Source of the DNA: Octopus vulgaris | Lineage: Eukaryota | Assembly: GCA_951406725.2 (NCBI GenBank) | Contig: OX597814.1 | Location: 22,692,001-22,756,000, forward strand | Reading direction: 5' to 3' | Length of the DNA: 64,000 nucleotides | In this document: positions 25,361 through 37,330 of the stretch, one piece after another | Numbering within the stretch: the first letter of the stretch is position 1 | How the letters are laid out: each line of letters opens with the position of its first letter | Made by a program: the position numbers and the translations under genes | Notes under the pieces: generated by a model | Told to the model about the DNA's origin: nothing | The model's input: the letters and a program-made list of their open reading frames with translations, nothing else | Databases searched by the model: none

Positions 25361-25758
25361 GTAGTTGCAGGAGGAGAAACAATTGCAACAAATCACATGG
25401 TAGCAGTAGCAGTGGAGCGTAAAATAGAACACATTAATAAAATCAATAACAAAATATTGCTTTAACGCCCATCATTTACATCTTAAAATACTCATGGAAA
25501 GTTCGATCTCTGTTCCTTACATTAACGATATTTCCATTAATTTCGATTTAGTTTGATACTATAGAATCATTTCATATTTTCGTATCCCTTTTTTTTTTTA
25601 CATGTTTTCCCTTCCGTTAAGTACGTGTAGCTTGTATTCTGTAACTCTTTCATTAAGACACGCTAGTAAATATTCTAATCAGACCTCCTGATCTCTTCTC
25701 GGCCACAATTCTCCTTTAGCTGTCAAGGCTGAGTAGTCACGGTACCAAACTCGTCATT

Positions 25759-25991
25759 AAGGCGGCGAGCTGGCAGAAACGTTAGCACGCCGGGCGAAAT
25801 GCGTAGCCGTATTTCATCTGTCGTTACGTTGTGAGTTCAAATTCCGCCGAGGTCGACTTTGCCTTTCATCCTTTCGGGGTCGATAAATTAAGTACCAGTT
25901 ACGCACTGGGGTCGATGTAATCGACTTAATACCTATGTCTGTCCTTGTTTGTCGCCTCTAGGTTTAGCCCCTTGTGGGTTATAAAGAAATA
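25759..25991 (+). mobile_element. Full-length young family B SINE with 18-bp TSD
   Basis: GGTACCAAACTC(G/T)TCATT at 25741-25758 and 25992-26009. Confidence 0.92.
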
Positions 25992-26094
25992 GGTACCAAA
26001 CTCTTCATTCAGCAAGGGCTTACAAATGTTATACAAACATTTCCTCCATTGAATTGCTCCGTTAAAATAAAAAAAACAGAAATGAGGTAATTCC

Positions 26095-26312
26095 ATAATT
26101 AAAATGGCTTTCAAATTTTCGCACAAGACCAGCTATTTGGGGAATGGGGTAAGTCAATTACATCGACACCGTTGCTCAACTGATACTTATTTTATCTCGA
26201 AAGGATGAAAGGCAGTTAACTGTGGTGGAATTTGAACTCAGAACGTAAAGACAGCCGAAATGACGCTATGTATTTTGTCTGGTATGCTAACGATTCTGCC
26301 AGCTTGTCGCCT
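26095..26312 (-). mobile_element. Family B-headed SINE with alternative 3' tail
   Basis: Same head and core as family B, but the minus-strand tail is CTTGTGCGAAAATTTGAAAGCC. Similar copy at 53825-54025. Confidence 0.75.
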
Positions 26313-26983
26313 GACTCCATAGGTAAAATGAAAATGTGTAAATCTTTTACTGCTAAAGTAACATGCTAAGAACTTCGATCATCTTGTAACTCATGAAATT
26401 CTTATACAAGATTAGGAAGATCCGGATAAGAAATGTTAACACACACACACACATACACGTGTGTGTGTGTTTGAGTGAGAGAGTATATGCTTGCATGAGT
26501 GCGTGGGAGTAGGTTAGTTTGAGGCCAATACCAACTGTGAAACTCTAAGCAGTAAGTTATTTAGCTTGTGCCTAAATATGATGCTGATATGCCGGTATGC
26601 GTGCGTATACGTGAGCAGTTCTATGTGTGAACATTCATAGATACAAAAGAATATAGCGATAGGCAATTTAAAAAGTCAGCTAAATATTAAAATGATATAA
26701 CAAATAAATACATATATTATCGGAGAAGTTTTATTATAATATGGATATTGATTAAAAAATGTGTTCGATCAAAGCTGAGAGGTCTCTAGTGTTAACACGT
26801 GTTTCGAAAGTTATATAGAATGTCTCAAGTGTTGTATTGGGTATATTAACGATAAAATTCAGAAAAATTATATAAAACATATTGACATCAATAGGTTCAA
26901 AGAGAAATAAAATATTACAGAAATAAAAAAAAAACATCGTATAACTGATCTGATTAAACTGAACGGAGAAACCAACTTGAATA

Positions 26984-27038
<55 letters not shown>

Positions 27039-27605
27039 ATATATATGTTTGTATGTGTGCGTGCATATGTGCGTGTGCGCGTGCATGTGTTGTATGCTTG
27101 GGTGTATGTCTATCTATCAATCTATGTATTTCATACACACGTGCATACACACACGCATGCACACACACACATATGTATAATGAACTATCGATTTAACTGT
27201 CTAATAAGGTGGGAGGTGTAACCGTTAATGTTCAAGGTTTGTAAAATTCGAAGTTCATCTACGGACCGTTTTACTGTTTTTATTGTAAAAAAAAAGACTT
27301 TAATACAATAAATATTAAAGCACCATATCTACCATATTTCGTTCTAAATACAACCTACAATATTACAGAACTGAACGGAAGATTGCATAAAATATCAAAT
27401 GGATACGGCTAGAATGTGTTCGATCATACTTCTGCTTCATCGGAACTAACATGTGAGTAAATAGAGGCATGAACAACTCTGTATAATTTCTTCGTGTGCT
27501 CTTTCAGTTCCACGAGATGTCGATATTTTTACGTACTTTTCATTATCCTTCTTCCTTTGATTTTACAATCTCTTGCCATCTCACGTATTTTCATTCAGGA
27601 ACATA

Positions 27606-28652
27606 CAGGAAGTCTCAGAAAGATTTACCCATTGATATTTCTTAATTACTCAAACTAAAATTAAGGTAGGATAATGAAATTTGGCAAATGCGTTTTAATA
27701 TAAATTGTAAATCTATTGCAGTAGTTACATTTGAAAACAGCCAACTTTCGCCTTGATCATAGCCTGAAAATGAGCGGTCGGTGAGTTGCATCATCGCTGT
27801 ACCACCTCTTCATCCAACTTGACCCATGAAGACAGAAGGGCTTCCTTCAGATCTGGCACATTTGAATAGGAGCGAGCAGAAACAATATTCTCTAAGATGG
27901 ACCAGATAGCAAAGTCCATGGGACTGATGTCTGGACTTAAGTGAGGTCATATCGTTTTGTCTTAAAAACCGCTAAAGTGCACTTTGCACCACCTCTGTGT
28001 ATGAGCGGGAGCCCCGTCTTGAGTGAAGATGCAACGGTAACCAAAGGTTTCTATAACCCAAGGTAACATTTTCTCATCCAACTTTTCCAAATAAACTTCA
28101 CTGTTGATTTTCACGCCAGCATCGATGAAGATCAAGCTAGACTTAGACCAATCAGATGCAATTACCGCCTGCACAATAAGTGAAGCTGGCTTCTGACAGT
28201 GTACATGACTCCTGCTACCTTCGGACAAGTCTCCTACATTACGTATATAAAGCTTGTCATTCTGGCTGTTGGGCTGTTGTAACTGCCTCGATGATGAAGA
28301 TCTTCTCCTCGGACCAGATCAACACTTTGTTAGCGACGCGTTTCATCCCAGCTAACCCCTGCCGAACCGTTTCTTCCTGGAAGCTGCTGAAATTAGCTGC
28401 CGGGATTGTTTTTTACATGCAGTTAGCTTTAAATCCTCTTTAAAAATCCTGTGCATTGATGATTTCGAAATATCAAGAATTTTTACACTTTTTCTTGCAC
28501 TCCTGCGGGGATTTCGACTCATTCGCTTCTTCACAGCTTAAACAGTTTGTTTGGTACGAATTTATCGTTTTCTACCAGGAATTGACTTGCTAGAGAATAT
28601 AGCAGGCTCCATATATCGATTCCATGTATAGAACACTGTTTTACAGCGCACG

Positions 28653-28739
<87 letters not shown>

Positions 28740-28936
28740 CTGTTTTGTTTTGTTCTTATTGCTCACACCAACTGTTTTCAAAGCGACAATCTGGTCAGGT
28801 TTTGCTTTCGACGCCATGTTTGTTTGAAAACTTGTTATAGACGAACAAAACAGTAGATACATGAACAAAAGACATACGCAAATCATTATGTAAAATGTAG
28901 ATATATTACCTGAGTGAACCCTTTTGGGACATCCTG
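27606..28936 (-). mobile_element. Tc1/mariner DNA transposon (DD37D/maT-like), decayed transposase 27725-28817
   Basis: Imperfect TIRs CAGGAAGTCTCAGAAAG and (reverse complement) CAGGATGTCCCAAAAG, with TA flanks. Motifs MASKAKPDQIVAL, RNPRRSARK, GVKINSEVY, FTQDGAPAHT and SPDISPMDFAIW. A (CA)n run sits at 28656-28738 inside the CDS. Confidence 0.9.
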
Positions 28937-29924
28937 TAAAGGATTTTCTTTTATCTTATTGATAACTCTGTATCTTATTTGCCAACCACTGCAAAATCAC
29001 TTATCGTTTTCTTAATATATCTTTGTTGCTGTTACAGTCGCACATGCCCTCCAATAACACAGAATATTTTTAGCAGGCCGAGCCACACTTCAATGGGGTG
29101 AAAATCATTGTCTTTGTCTTACTGGAAATTTCTTAAGCTAGATACGATATCTCTTGACAGGATATATCTAATTGTTACGATGGGTAGCTATACCACCTGG
29201 AAACTTTTCAAAGTTACCTAGACAACTGACTGTCACAACCCATAAATCAACTTAAGCAAAAAAAAAAAAAGAAAATAGAAAGAAAGAAAAGAAAAGAAAA
29301 GATTCATCTAATCTCAATCAGCCTCGATGAGTAATCGCCCTTGAAGGCGACAAACCTGAGCTGCTGCTTTGGCTCTTAGTGAAAAGAAACACCATTGTCT
29401 AAATTACTAAATCTGATCAAAATTGAAAGGGAGAGAATCATACAATTTTCATTAAAATGAAATAAGATTAAGATTAAATGCAATTGGGAGTAAATCTTAT
29501 CACTAAAGGTGTAATTATAATTCATCAGTATCCTTGGGTCCTCTTTACCATATTTTCTTAAATCATCAATAGTTCACGAATACAGTTAATTGTTTTATCA
29601 AACATCAAAAGGCAAAAGGCAAAGTTGCTTTCGATGTTATTTCTATTCAGGACACAAAAGAACATAATTATCTCCGCCGCACACACAGGCGCGCAACGAA
29701 TTTAGTATTGCAATTTTTAGTTATTGCTACAGTCTCTGATTTGTATATCAACACTGTTTTCAAACGCTGACATAAGGTTACGCATCTTGTGGAAGGGATT
29801 AAATCGAGAAACGATATTCGATTGGTACTTAATTTATCTGATGCTTGGCAGAATTTGAAGATACAACATAAAGAGCTATGATTAAATACTTTAAAGTGTC
29901 AACAGTCCAGAGGTTGATAAAACC

Positions 29925-30178
29925 GGGGCTTATCTCGGTTCCTATGGGGTATAAGTGACTAAGAGTATAAGGCTCCTTTCATTGAAATAAATTCCAATGA
30001 CCTCAGTCGTAACCCCCAGATGTTACTGAGGCTACTCATTTGTAGCTAAGTAGATTGGAGTGACGCAAAGTGAAATATTTTGCTCAGGGACACAACGAAC
30101 CACCATGTTTCAGAATTCCAGCACACGACTTTACGATTGTCAGCTCAATACCCTAGCCACTACATCACACTCCTTCAC
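29925..30178 (-). mobile_element. Degenerate tRNA-derived SINE (family C-like head)
   Basis: Minus head GTGAAGGAGTGTGATGTAGTGGCTAGGG and GTTGTGTCCCTGAGCAAAA. Confidence 0.6.
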
Positions 30179-30469
30179 CCATAATTAAGTACTGCAAAAC
30201 ATTTCGCCCGACTCTTTACTGATTATAAAAATCTAAAGTTTTTTTTTTCTGATATTTTTCAATAGTGGAATTCGAATCTATATTCACGTCCAAAATCGTG
30301 GGTGAGGAGGTTGTACGTTCTTTGTATGTTACACCCTGCAGCTGAAACCGTAAACCGCTCAACCGGTCTGACAACTGAATAAAGTGTGTATTAGTAGCGA
30401 TTTCTAATATTGGGTTCAAAGCCACACTTTATAGTGTTCAGCACAGTCGGTTAAGCCGAAGTCAAAATA

Positions 30470-32953
30470 CACTGAGCTGTAACAGAAACGCGATTTTTTC
30501 AAATTTCATTTTTATGTGGTAACTTCTGAAAATTTATTTCGATGATGTAAGTGTAACCATTCCAAGACACGCAGGTTTATGACAGAGACCCAAATTGCAG
30601 GTGACCTTTCAACTTTCCCTGAAACGAGACGCCAAATTGCAGCTGCTGTTTTAAATGCCGTGGGAGGCAGTCGCAAACAATTGTCATGAAAACCGAAATG
30701 CACGTGCATCTCGTGGAGGTTATGGGTATAAAAATCAACTTGAACCGCGTTCCTGGAATTTGCAATTTAACTTTGTATTGGTAATTAACAGTCAGTATCG
30801 CTTATTGCCTGTTTATCTGTTATATCACGTTGTTAATATTGCCGAATATATTGTTATGCGTATTTTCTGACCACTCTTGTTAACTGCTTTGAGGCGGACT
30901 TATCGTTATCCTCTTTAGTTGAAGGGAGAAACGTTGTTATTTTGACATGTATTATGAAAATATACGTTCGTCTGACGTGGAGACATCGGAGGGGGAGTTG
31001 ATGAGATAAGTGAACAGCATGGAGGAGGAGCTGGCGAAAAGTGGAGGGTAGGATTTGAAAAAAATGTCAAAAGTTTTGCGGCAGTAACCGGGATTGAGAA
31101 AGAAAAAAAGTGTTATAAAGTGCAGGACTTTATGATGAAGAATGGGGTACGCGGTTATACTAACCCCCCCCCTCAGTGAAGTCGCACAAGAAATAGAATA
31201 AGAAGACGGTAACCTTTAAATAATTTATTAAGAAAGAGAAAGGTAGAAATAGCAGATAAGGAGATCGAGAAGTGCTTGGCACTCATCTGGCCGGAAATAA
31301 CATACCTGGCCAGGGGTGCCAAATATACTACTGTGGAAGTGCGGTTCTCCCCAGAGGAAAAGGCCAGGCAACATTCTGTGGCTTCCTTGTCTTCGGATAA
31401 TATAATCCTCCCACCATCTTACTTTGGATGACGTGCTTCCAGAATGAGGGTGGAGGAGATACCACCTGAGGCTAAAGCATCTTTGGCTCTAGCTGGATGG
31501 TGAAAGGGTGTGGTCTCCGTTCGTCAAACTGATGCTTCCTCGATACACTAGTTTTAGTGAATTGGAACTGTGGATCCAGCTTAGACCTACGTTGGGAACG
31601 TGACAGGTTGAATGTCGGCAGGCATTCGCGCTTCTCTGCCAGACGGGTAATGCTGGCATTAGATTTTTATAGATTTTTAACTGCTCATTTTAACGTTTTA
31701 TCATTCGATCCCCAACTCCACTTCATTTTGTATCGTCACCTCTGTATTTAGCCTTTATGGATGGAATAAAATCATTTCGTTATTTGGAGGCATCAGTTAT
31801 AATTCTATTGTCAGTAGCACAGAGATAACAAGCTATCAGTTGATTGTAAGCAGGGCAGCATGCCCTGGTTGTTGCGAAAGTTTAGAATGTCCATGTCAGC
31901 ACCATCAATCGCCTGCAACAGCGAAACAACACCAACAGCACTGCAGATCGTGCCCGCAGAGGGCACTCACGGGTGACGACACCAGGCAGGAGCACTTCAT
32001 CCAGCTGCAACACCACCGTGATCGCTTCAGACCGGCCAGCGTGACAGCTCGCGAGATCACTAGTACTGGACAGCGACGACACGGTACGACGTCGACTGGC
32101 CACCAACAACCTGCGTTGCTGTCGTTCTGCTTGCGAGCTTGTCCTCACCGCCTGCCACCGTCAGGCACGACTACAGTGGGCTATAAAGCATTGACATTGG
32201 TGGCATCAACAATGAAGGCCAATAGTCTTCGGATGGCAGAGTGAGAGTGTGACGTAGGAGGGGTTAACACTACAGAGACACGTGTCACGGAGAGAGACAC
32301 GGTGGGTGACCAAAGCATCATGGTTTGGGGTGCTATAGGCCTGAATCAGAGAAATGCGCCCCGTGTCTCCCAAAATGTTGGTGCAGGCAGAGGGAAAGGC
32401 ATCACGGCGCAGCGTTATGTTGACCAGATCCTAAGACTTCACATCGTGCCTTTCTTTGCGCGTCACCATGGCCACGTGTTCCAGCAAGACAACGCCCCCT
32501 CCCACACGGCCAAGGTCACCATGGACTTCCTGCATCAGCATAACATCAGAACGCAGCCCGGATCTGAACCCAATTGAACACCAGTAGGATGAAATCAAGA
32601 GACGGCTGAACCAGGTAGTCCCAAAGCCGACAACCCGTATGGATCTGGAAGCAGCTTTCCTCAGGGTGTGGGCGCAGGTGTCAATGGCTTTTGTGAACCG
32701 CTTCATGCAATCCATCCATGTACCGACGGTGTATGGCTGTTTTGAACACCTAGGGAGGGCATACACGGTATTGAACACGTCACGCCTGACAATCTCGATG
32801 TGTTGGATCCGCTCACTACCAGAATACATGACAGCAACCCACAGACTGTGGTCAAAGTGCATCCAAGAAATTGACTTTATCAGATTTATCAAAATTTGCC
32901 TGTGACATAATGAAATTATGTCACACATCTCGCGCTTGTTTTGCAGTTCAGTG
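30470..32953 (+). mobile_element. Tc1-family (DD34E) DNA transposon, decayed transposase ~31830-32770, carrying an internal LINE fragment
   Basis: TIRs CACTGAGCTGTAACAGAAACGCG and (reverse complement) CACTGAACTGCAAAACAAGCGCG, with TA TSD. Motifs SIMVWGAI, ITAQRYVDQIL, VFQQDNAPSHT and PDLNPIEH. Confidence 0.88.
30940..31497 (+). mobile_element. L1/Tx1-like LINE ORF1 fragment nested in the Tc1 element
   Basis: Translates as ...EIEKCLALIWPEITYLARGAKYTTVEVRFSPEEKARQHS...ILPPSYFG*RASRMRVEEIPPE. A similar LIPSYM-GRR motif occurs in 57190-58330. Confidence 0.55.
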
Positions 32954-33538
32954 TATAACAAATATTTTATTAAATCTCCCACTGAATGTATAAAAGACAA
33001 AGTCAACATTGGTAAGTTTCGAATTCAGAACGAAATTATCAGTAAAGAAGTTTCGCAATACAATACATTTTCCAATGTCTCACCGTTTGTAATGAACTAC
33101 TACTCAATAATAATACAAGAAGTTAAAAAGAAAACAATTAGTTGGAATATACTCATTTCTATCAATTATTCTCATAACACATTTTATACAGCATGTCAGA
33201 CAATCAGACTAAATATTCAAAATTCGAAGGGTGTATTGTAGTTTAAATATAGGGCGCGTAAAATAAATAGACGCACGGTAAAAATATTTACTAAGTAGCG
33301 ATTACTTGGCTAACACAACTTCAGAAAAACACGTAAGAATTGAGAGATAAATGGAGTAATCGACTGCTTAGCGTGTTTACAATAAATATCTGTAAGTTAG
33401 GCGGTGAATTGATGTTTGCTTTCATTTTATTTCTTGCATTTAGCAGCCCAGTGAATATATTATACAAAAGGTATGTATGTATGTATGCATGTATGTGTGA
33501 GTGTTTACACGCATATAAATACGTGTGCAAATACCATG

Positions 33539-33578
<40 letters not shown>

Positions 33579-34813
33579 TATAACTGGTAGTTATATGACG
33601 CTAAGTCATGTGCAGACATAAATGAACTAACACATATACATGCGCGCGCATATATTCATATTTGTATGCGTGTTTGCTATGTTCACCTAAATGTCTAAGT
33701 GTGAGTTAGTACTATTCTCAACGCTTATTTACACCGTATGTAAATATCAATGAACTCTTACCTTTGAAGGATATCAACTATCGCCAGTTGGGATGAATTT
33801 CCTTTCTTGTTATCGATTTTACATTAAACGTTAGTTCTGTCTCTTCAAAGCGGTTCTGTGTCTACTTGTTGGCGTGCTAATTTCTGTCATATTATACTTC
33901 CTATTAAGATTGCACGATAAGACTTTCCTAATCCACGTTTTCTTTTCTTTTACGTCTTATTTTTCTTTCTTATTTACCATTTATTTATTCAGCATAACAC
34001 CTGACTTGATTCAACTATGGAATCTTTATCGTTTTATTTGTTGTTGTTTTTCGTGATGGGTGGGGGGTACTATGCAATTATCTCTAACTTTTTCTTTTTA
34101 AATTCATAATTAAATCTTCCTTTAATAGTGTGTCGTTTCTTGAAACATCCTTGAATATCACTTTGAGGATGAGAGGAGATAAGCTAAGATTGTATCATAT
34201 GTCTGGGGAAAAAAGAATTTCATTTACTTTCTTTAATGTTCTTTTGTCTTCCTTTCCATTTCTTTTCTTTTCTTTTCTTTCCAAACATCAATAGTCTTTC
34301 TACTTGGCAGGAATGAGAAACAACAATTCAGATAGTAAACTTCTTGAAATGTTTGAGCATTGTTAAATGGATTTCAAAATTAATAAGCTTTCAACCCATT
34401 TATAAAAATATCTTTGCGCATTAGAAATAATACAATATATATATATTACATGGTATTCTATCTTATAGACAGAATATATGGTCACGATCGACAGCAAAAA
34501 TATATATTTTAAATTGAATAGTTTTGAAATGATATTTTATATAGCTTCAACTTTTCATGTATGGAAAATTTTAAATGTTATGTTGACTTTCAAAGAAGGA
34601 TGATGTATATCTCGTCTAGGGCATAGACGAAGACTACTGCTTTTAAGAGGCTAGTCAGTTTATAACGAATTATTATCATTTTTCAAAGTAAACGGTAATA
34701 TATCACCTTCAGTTTATCTTTATAACTCTCTTAGACACTGAATATTTCAAATTACAATTGTATAAAATTAATAAAGCCGAATGTATACATTTCCACATGC
34801 ACATACATATATC

Positions 34814-35229
34814 TGTTTCTTTATTGCACACAAGGGGCTAAACATAGAGGGGATAAAGAAGAACAGACAAACGGATTAAGTCGATTACATCGACCCCAGT
34901 GCGTAACTGGTACTTAATTTATCGACCCCGAAATGATGAAAGGCAAAGTCGACCTCGGCGGAATTTGAACTCAGAACGTAACGGCAGACGAAATACCTAT
35001 TTCTTTACTACCCACAAGGGGCTAAACACAGAGAGGACAAAGAAGGACATACAAACGGATGAAGTCGATTATATCGACCGCAGTGCTTAACTGGTATTTA
35101 TTTAATCGACCTCGAAAGGATGAAAGGCAAAATCGACCTCGGCGGAATTTGAACTCAGAACGTAACGGCAGACGAAATACAGCTACGCATTTCGCCCGGC
35201 ATGCTAATGTTTCTGTCAGCTCGCCGCCT
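34814..35229 (-). mobile_element. Family B SINE head-to-tail dimer with 16-bp TSD
   Basis: TGCA(C/T)ATACATATATC at 34798-34813 and 35230-35245. Junction at 34996/34997; repeat unit 184 bp. Confidence 0.92.
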
Positions 35230-35672
35230 TGCATATACATATATCACCTTAACATAAGTGTATGATATGTTCCCAATTTTGTCTGACGGTACACGAGAAA
35301 TTCATGGGTAATATGGCGTTGAAAACAATCTGTCAAATGTACCTTGTAATCAAGGACACAATTAACCAAGACTCTTGAGTAATCAGGAGCTAACTTAGAT
35401 ATTGGAACAAAGGCACAGTAGGGAAATGCATCATGTATATATACGATACATATGTCTCAGCTTTGGCTTCGAAGATACATGTACTGTATATATGTATGGA
35501 TGTGTATATGAGTGGTGTGTGTGAGTGGTGTGTGTGAGTGATGTGTGTGTGTGTGTGCTTGCAACCGTGTGTCTGTATAATTATTCTTTGTGTTTAATTT
35601 CTTGAGAGTTCCCGGTGTTTGTAAATACGCGGCTCTTTGACTTCGAAGATATATATATATATATATATATAT

Positions 35673-35970
35673 ATCGTGAAGTATATTTGCCACTTAAATG
35701 TGGCTGACCCTTAAGGGTGGATGCTACTGTAGCTTGTAGCCCCAGAAGGCACCTCCTCCAGCTGGCTATTGACACACTTTCTGAAATTCGGGTCCGTGTG
35801 TATTACGTCAGGTTGGAGATGGGAAGGATGGCTACCCTTTGCAAATACTGATTGGGCACAGAAACTCTGTCAATAGCCAGCTGGAGGAGGTGTCTTCCAG
35901 GGTCTACAAGCTACAGTAGCATCCACCCTTAAGGGTTAGCCACATTTAAGTGCCATATATACTTCACGAT
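35673..35970. mobile_element. Foldback/MITE-like element with ~110-bp inverted arms and 75-bp spacer
   Basis: 35673-35783 is the near-perfect reverse complement of 35859-35970 (e.g. CCCTTAAGGGTGGATGCTACTGTAGCTTGTAG/CTACAAGCTACAGTAGCATCCACCCTTAAGGG). Confidence 0.88.
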
Positions 35971-36023
35971 CTCGTGCAGCTACTGTTTATACCTCACTCA
36001 AAGATTTATTATTGCTTATATAA

Positions 36024-36075
<52 letters not shown>

Positions 36076-36782
36076 GTTTGCATGTGTGCGCGCAAGCGTG
36101 TGTGCGATTTTTCTTTGTGTTTTAAGTTCTTCTTGAAAGAGTTCCCGGTGTTTGTAAATTGGTTAACTGCAGTTGCATACACTCAAGTGTGTGCATCTCT
36201 TCACTTAAGAATCTCAGATGGAGAATTTGGGGGATCTCTTACACATCTTCACTGCTAAGGATAGCATTATTAATAGTCTTTGCACCTCAACTATATCATG
36301 CCTCAGGAGCAGATAGTATCTCGTATGTATCTGTCGCAGTGGAAAAAAAGAATGAAGGATGGTACTTCTGAATAACAATGTACTTTTTTTCTCTCATATT
36401 AAAATATTCCTGTTTCTCTTTCCATCAGAAATGCAGTGAGAGTTACCACTGAGAGTTATGAACATACGAGTTGTAATGAAATATGTGGAAAGCTTACATA
36501 CATACTTGCTCAATATAAGTATGTATGTGAAGATGTATGAGCATAGATCTTTCCCTCTTTTTATCTTTTGGTATGTGTATTTACACACACACATATGCAC
36601 ACACACATATCCATATCTCTGCTCCTATCTACGTCTACTTCTTTATCTCTCTGCATATTTATATATATATATATACATGCATACAAACATACATACTATA
36701 CACATACACAGACACAGACACACAGACACACTCACACAAACACACACACATACACTCACACATAACAACAGATGGGTTGTGG

Positions 36783-36865
36783 TTCACTACAGCTGTTTCA
36801 GACGAGGTTTTATTGGTGAATAGAAGTGTTATATCATGCAAGAAAAATTGTTTTCATCAGGTGAA
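36783..36865 (-). ncRNA. Penelope-type minimal hammerhead ribozyme with 54-nt stem II region
   Basis: UUCAC CUGAUGA [54 nt] GAAA CAGCUG UA|GUGAA. Perfect 5-bp stem I, palindromic stem III, GUA site. Confidence 0.7.
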
Positions 36866-36925
36866 TACGGGTAAGAATTAACAATTAGAATTTCTCAAGA
36901 GTAACTATATATATTTACTCTTGAG

Positions 36926-36990
<65 letters not shown>

Positions 36991-37080
36991 TTATATTTCT
37001 GTGTGTCTATGTATGTGTGTGCATGTATGATTGTGGATGTGCGTAAATGTTATGTGTGTGTTTATGGAATGATAAATTAC

Positions 37081-37119
<39 letters not shown>

Positions 37120-37121
<2 letters not shown>

Positions 37122-37285
37122 CCACTACACACATGTTTTTCTCTCCTTGTTTTTTCTGTGTCCCTTTCTGTAGAAGAGCGTAGGCTCGAAACGTAAAATA
37201 CTTTTTCTATTCTTGCGCGTTATACTAATACATCTGTTTGTTTTGTACATCACCTGTCTTCGACTTCTGTTTTTTCATAAACTCT

Positions 37286-37290
<5 letters not shown>
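37120..37290 (+). mobile_element. Penelope-like terminal repeat fragment with minimal HHR-like motif (37164-37198)
   Basis: CUUU CUGUAGA A GAGC-guag-GCUC GAAA CG UA|AAA. A partial copy lies on the minus strand at 47051-47078. Both are flanked by (TA)n. Confidence 0.55.

Positions 37291-37330
<40 letters not shown>

Noticed and set aside
29315-29375. TCGATGAG...TCGCC/GGCGA hairpin resembling a hammerhead
   Set aside because: No intact CUGANGA or GAAA and no stem I or III.
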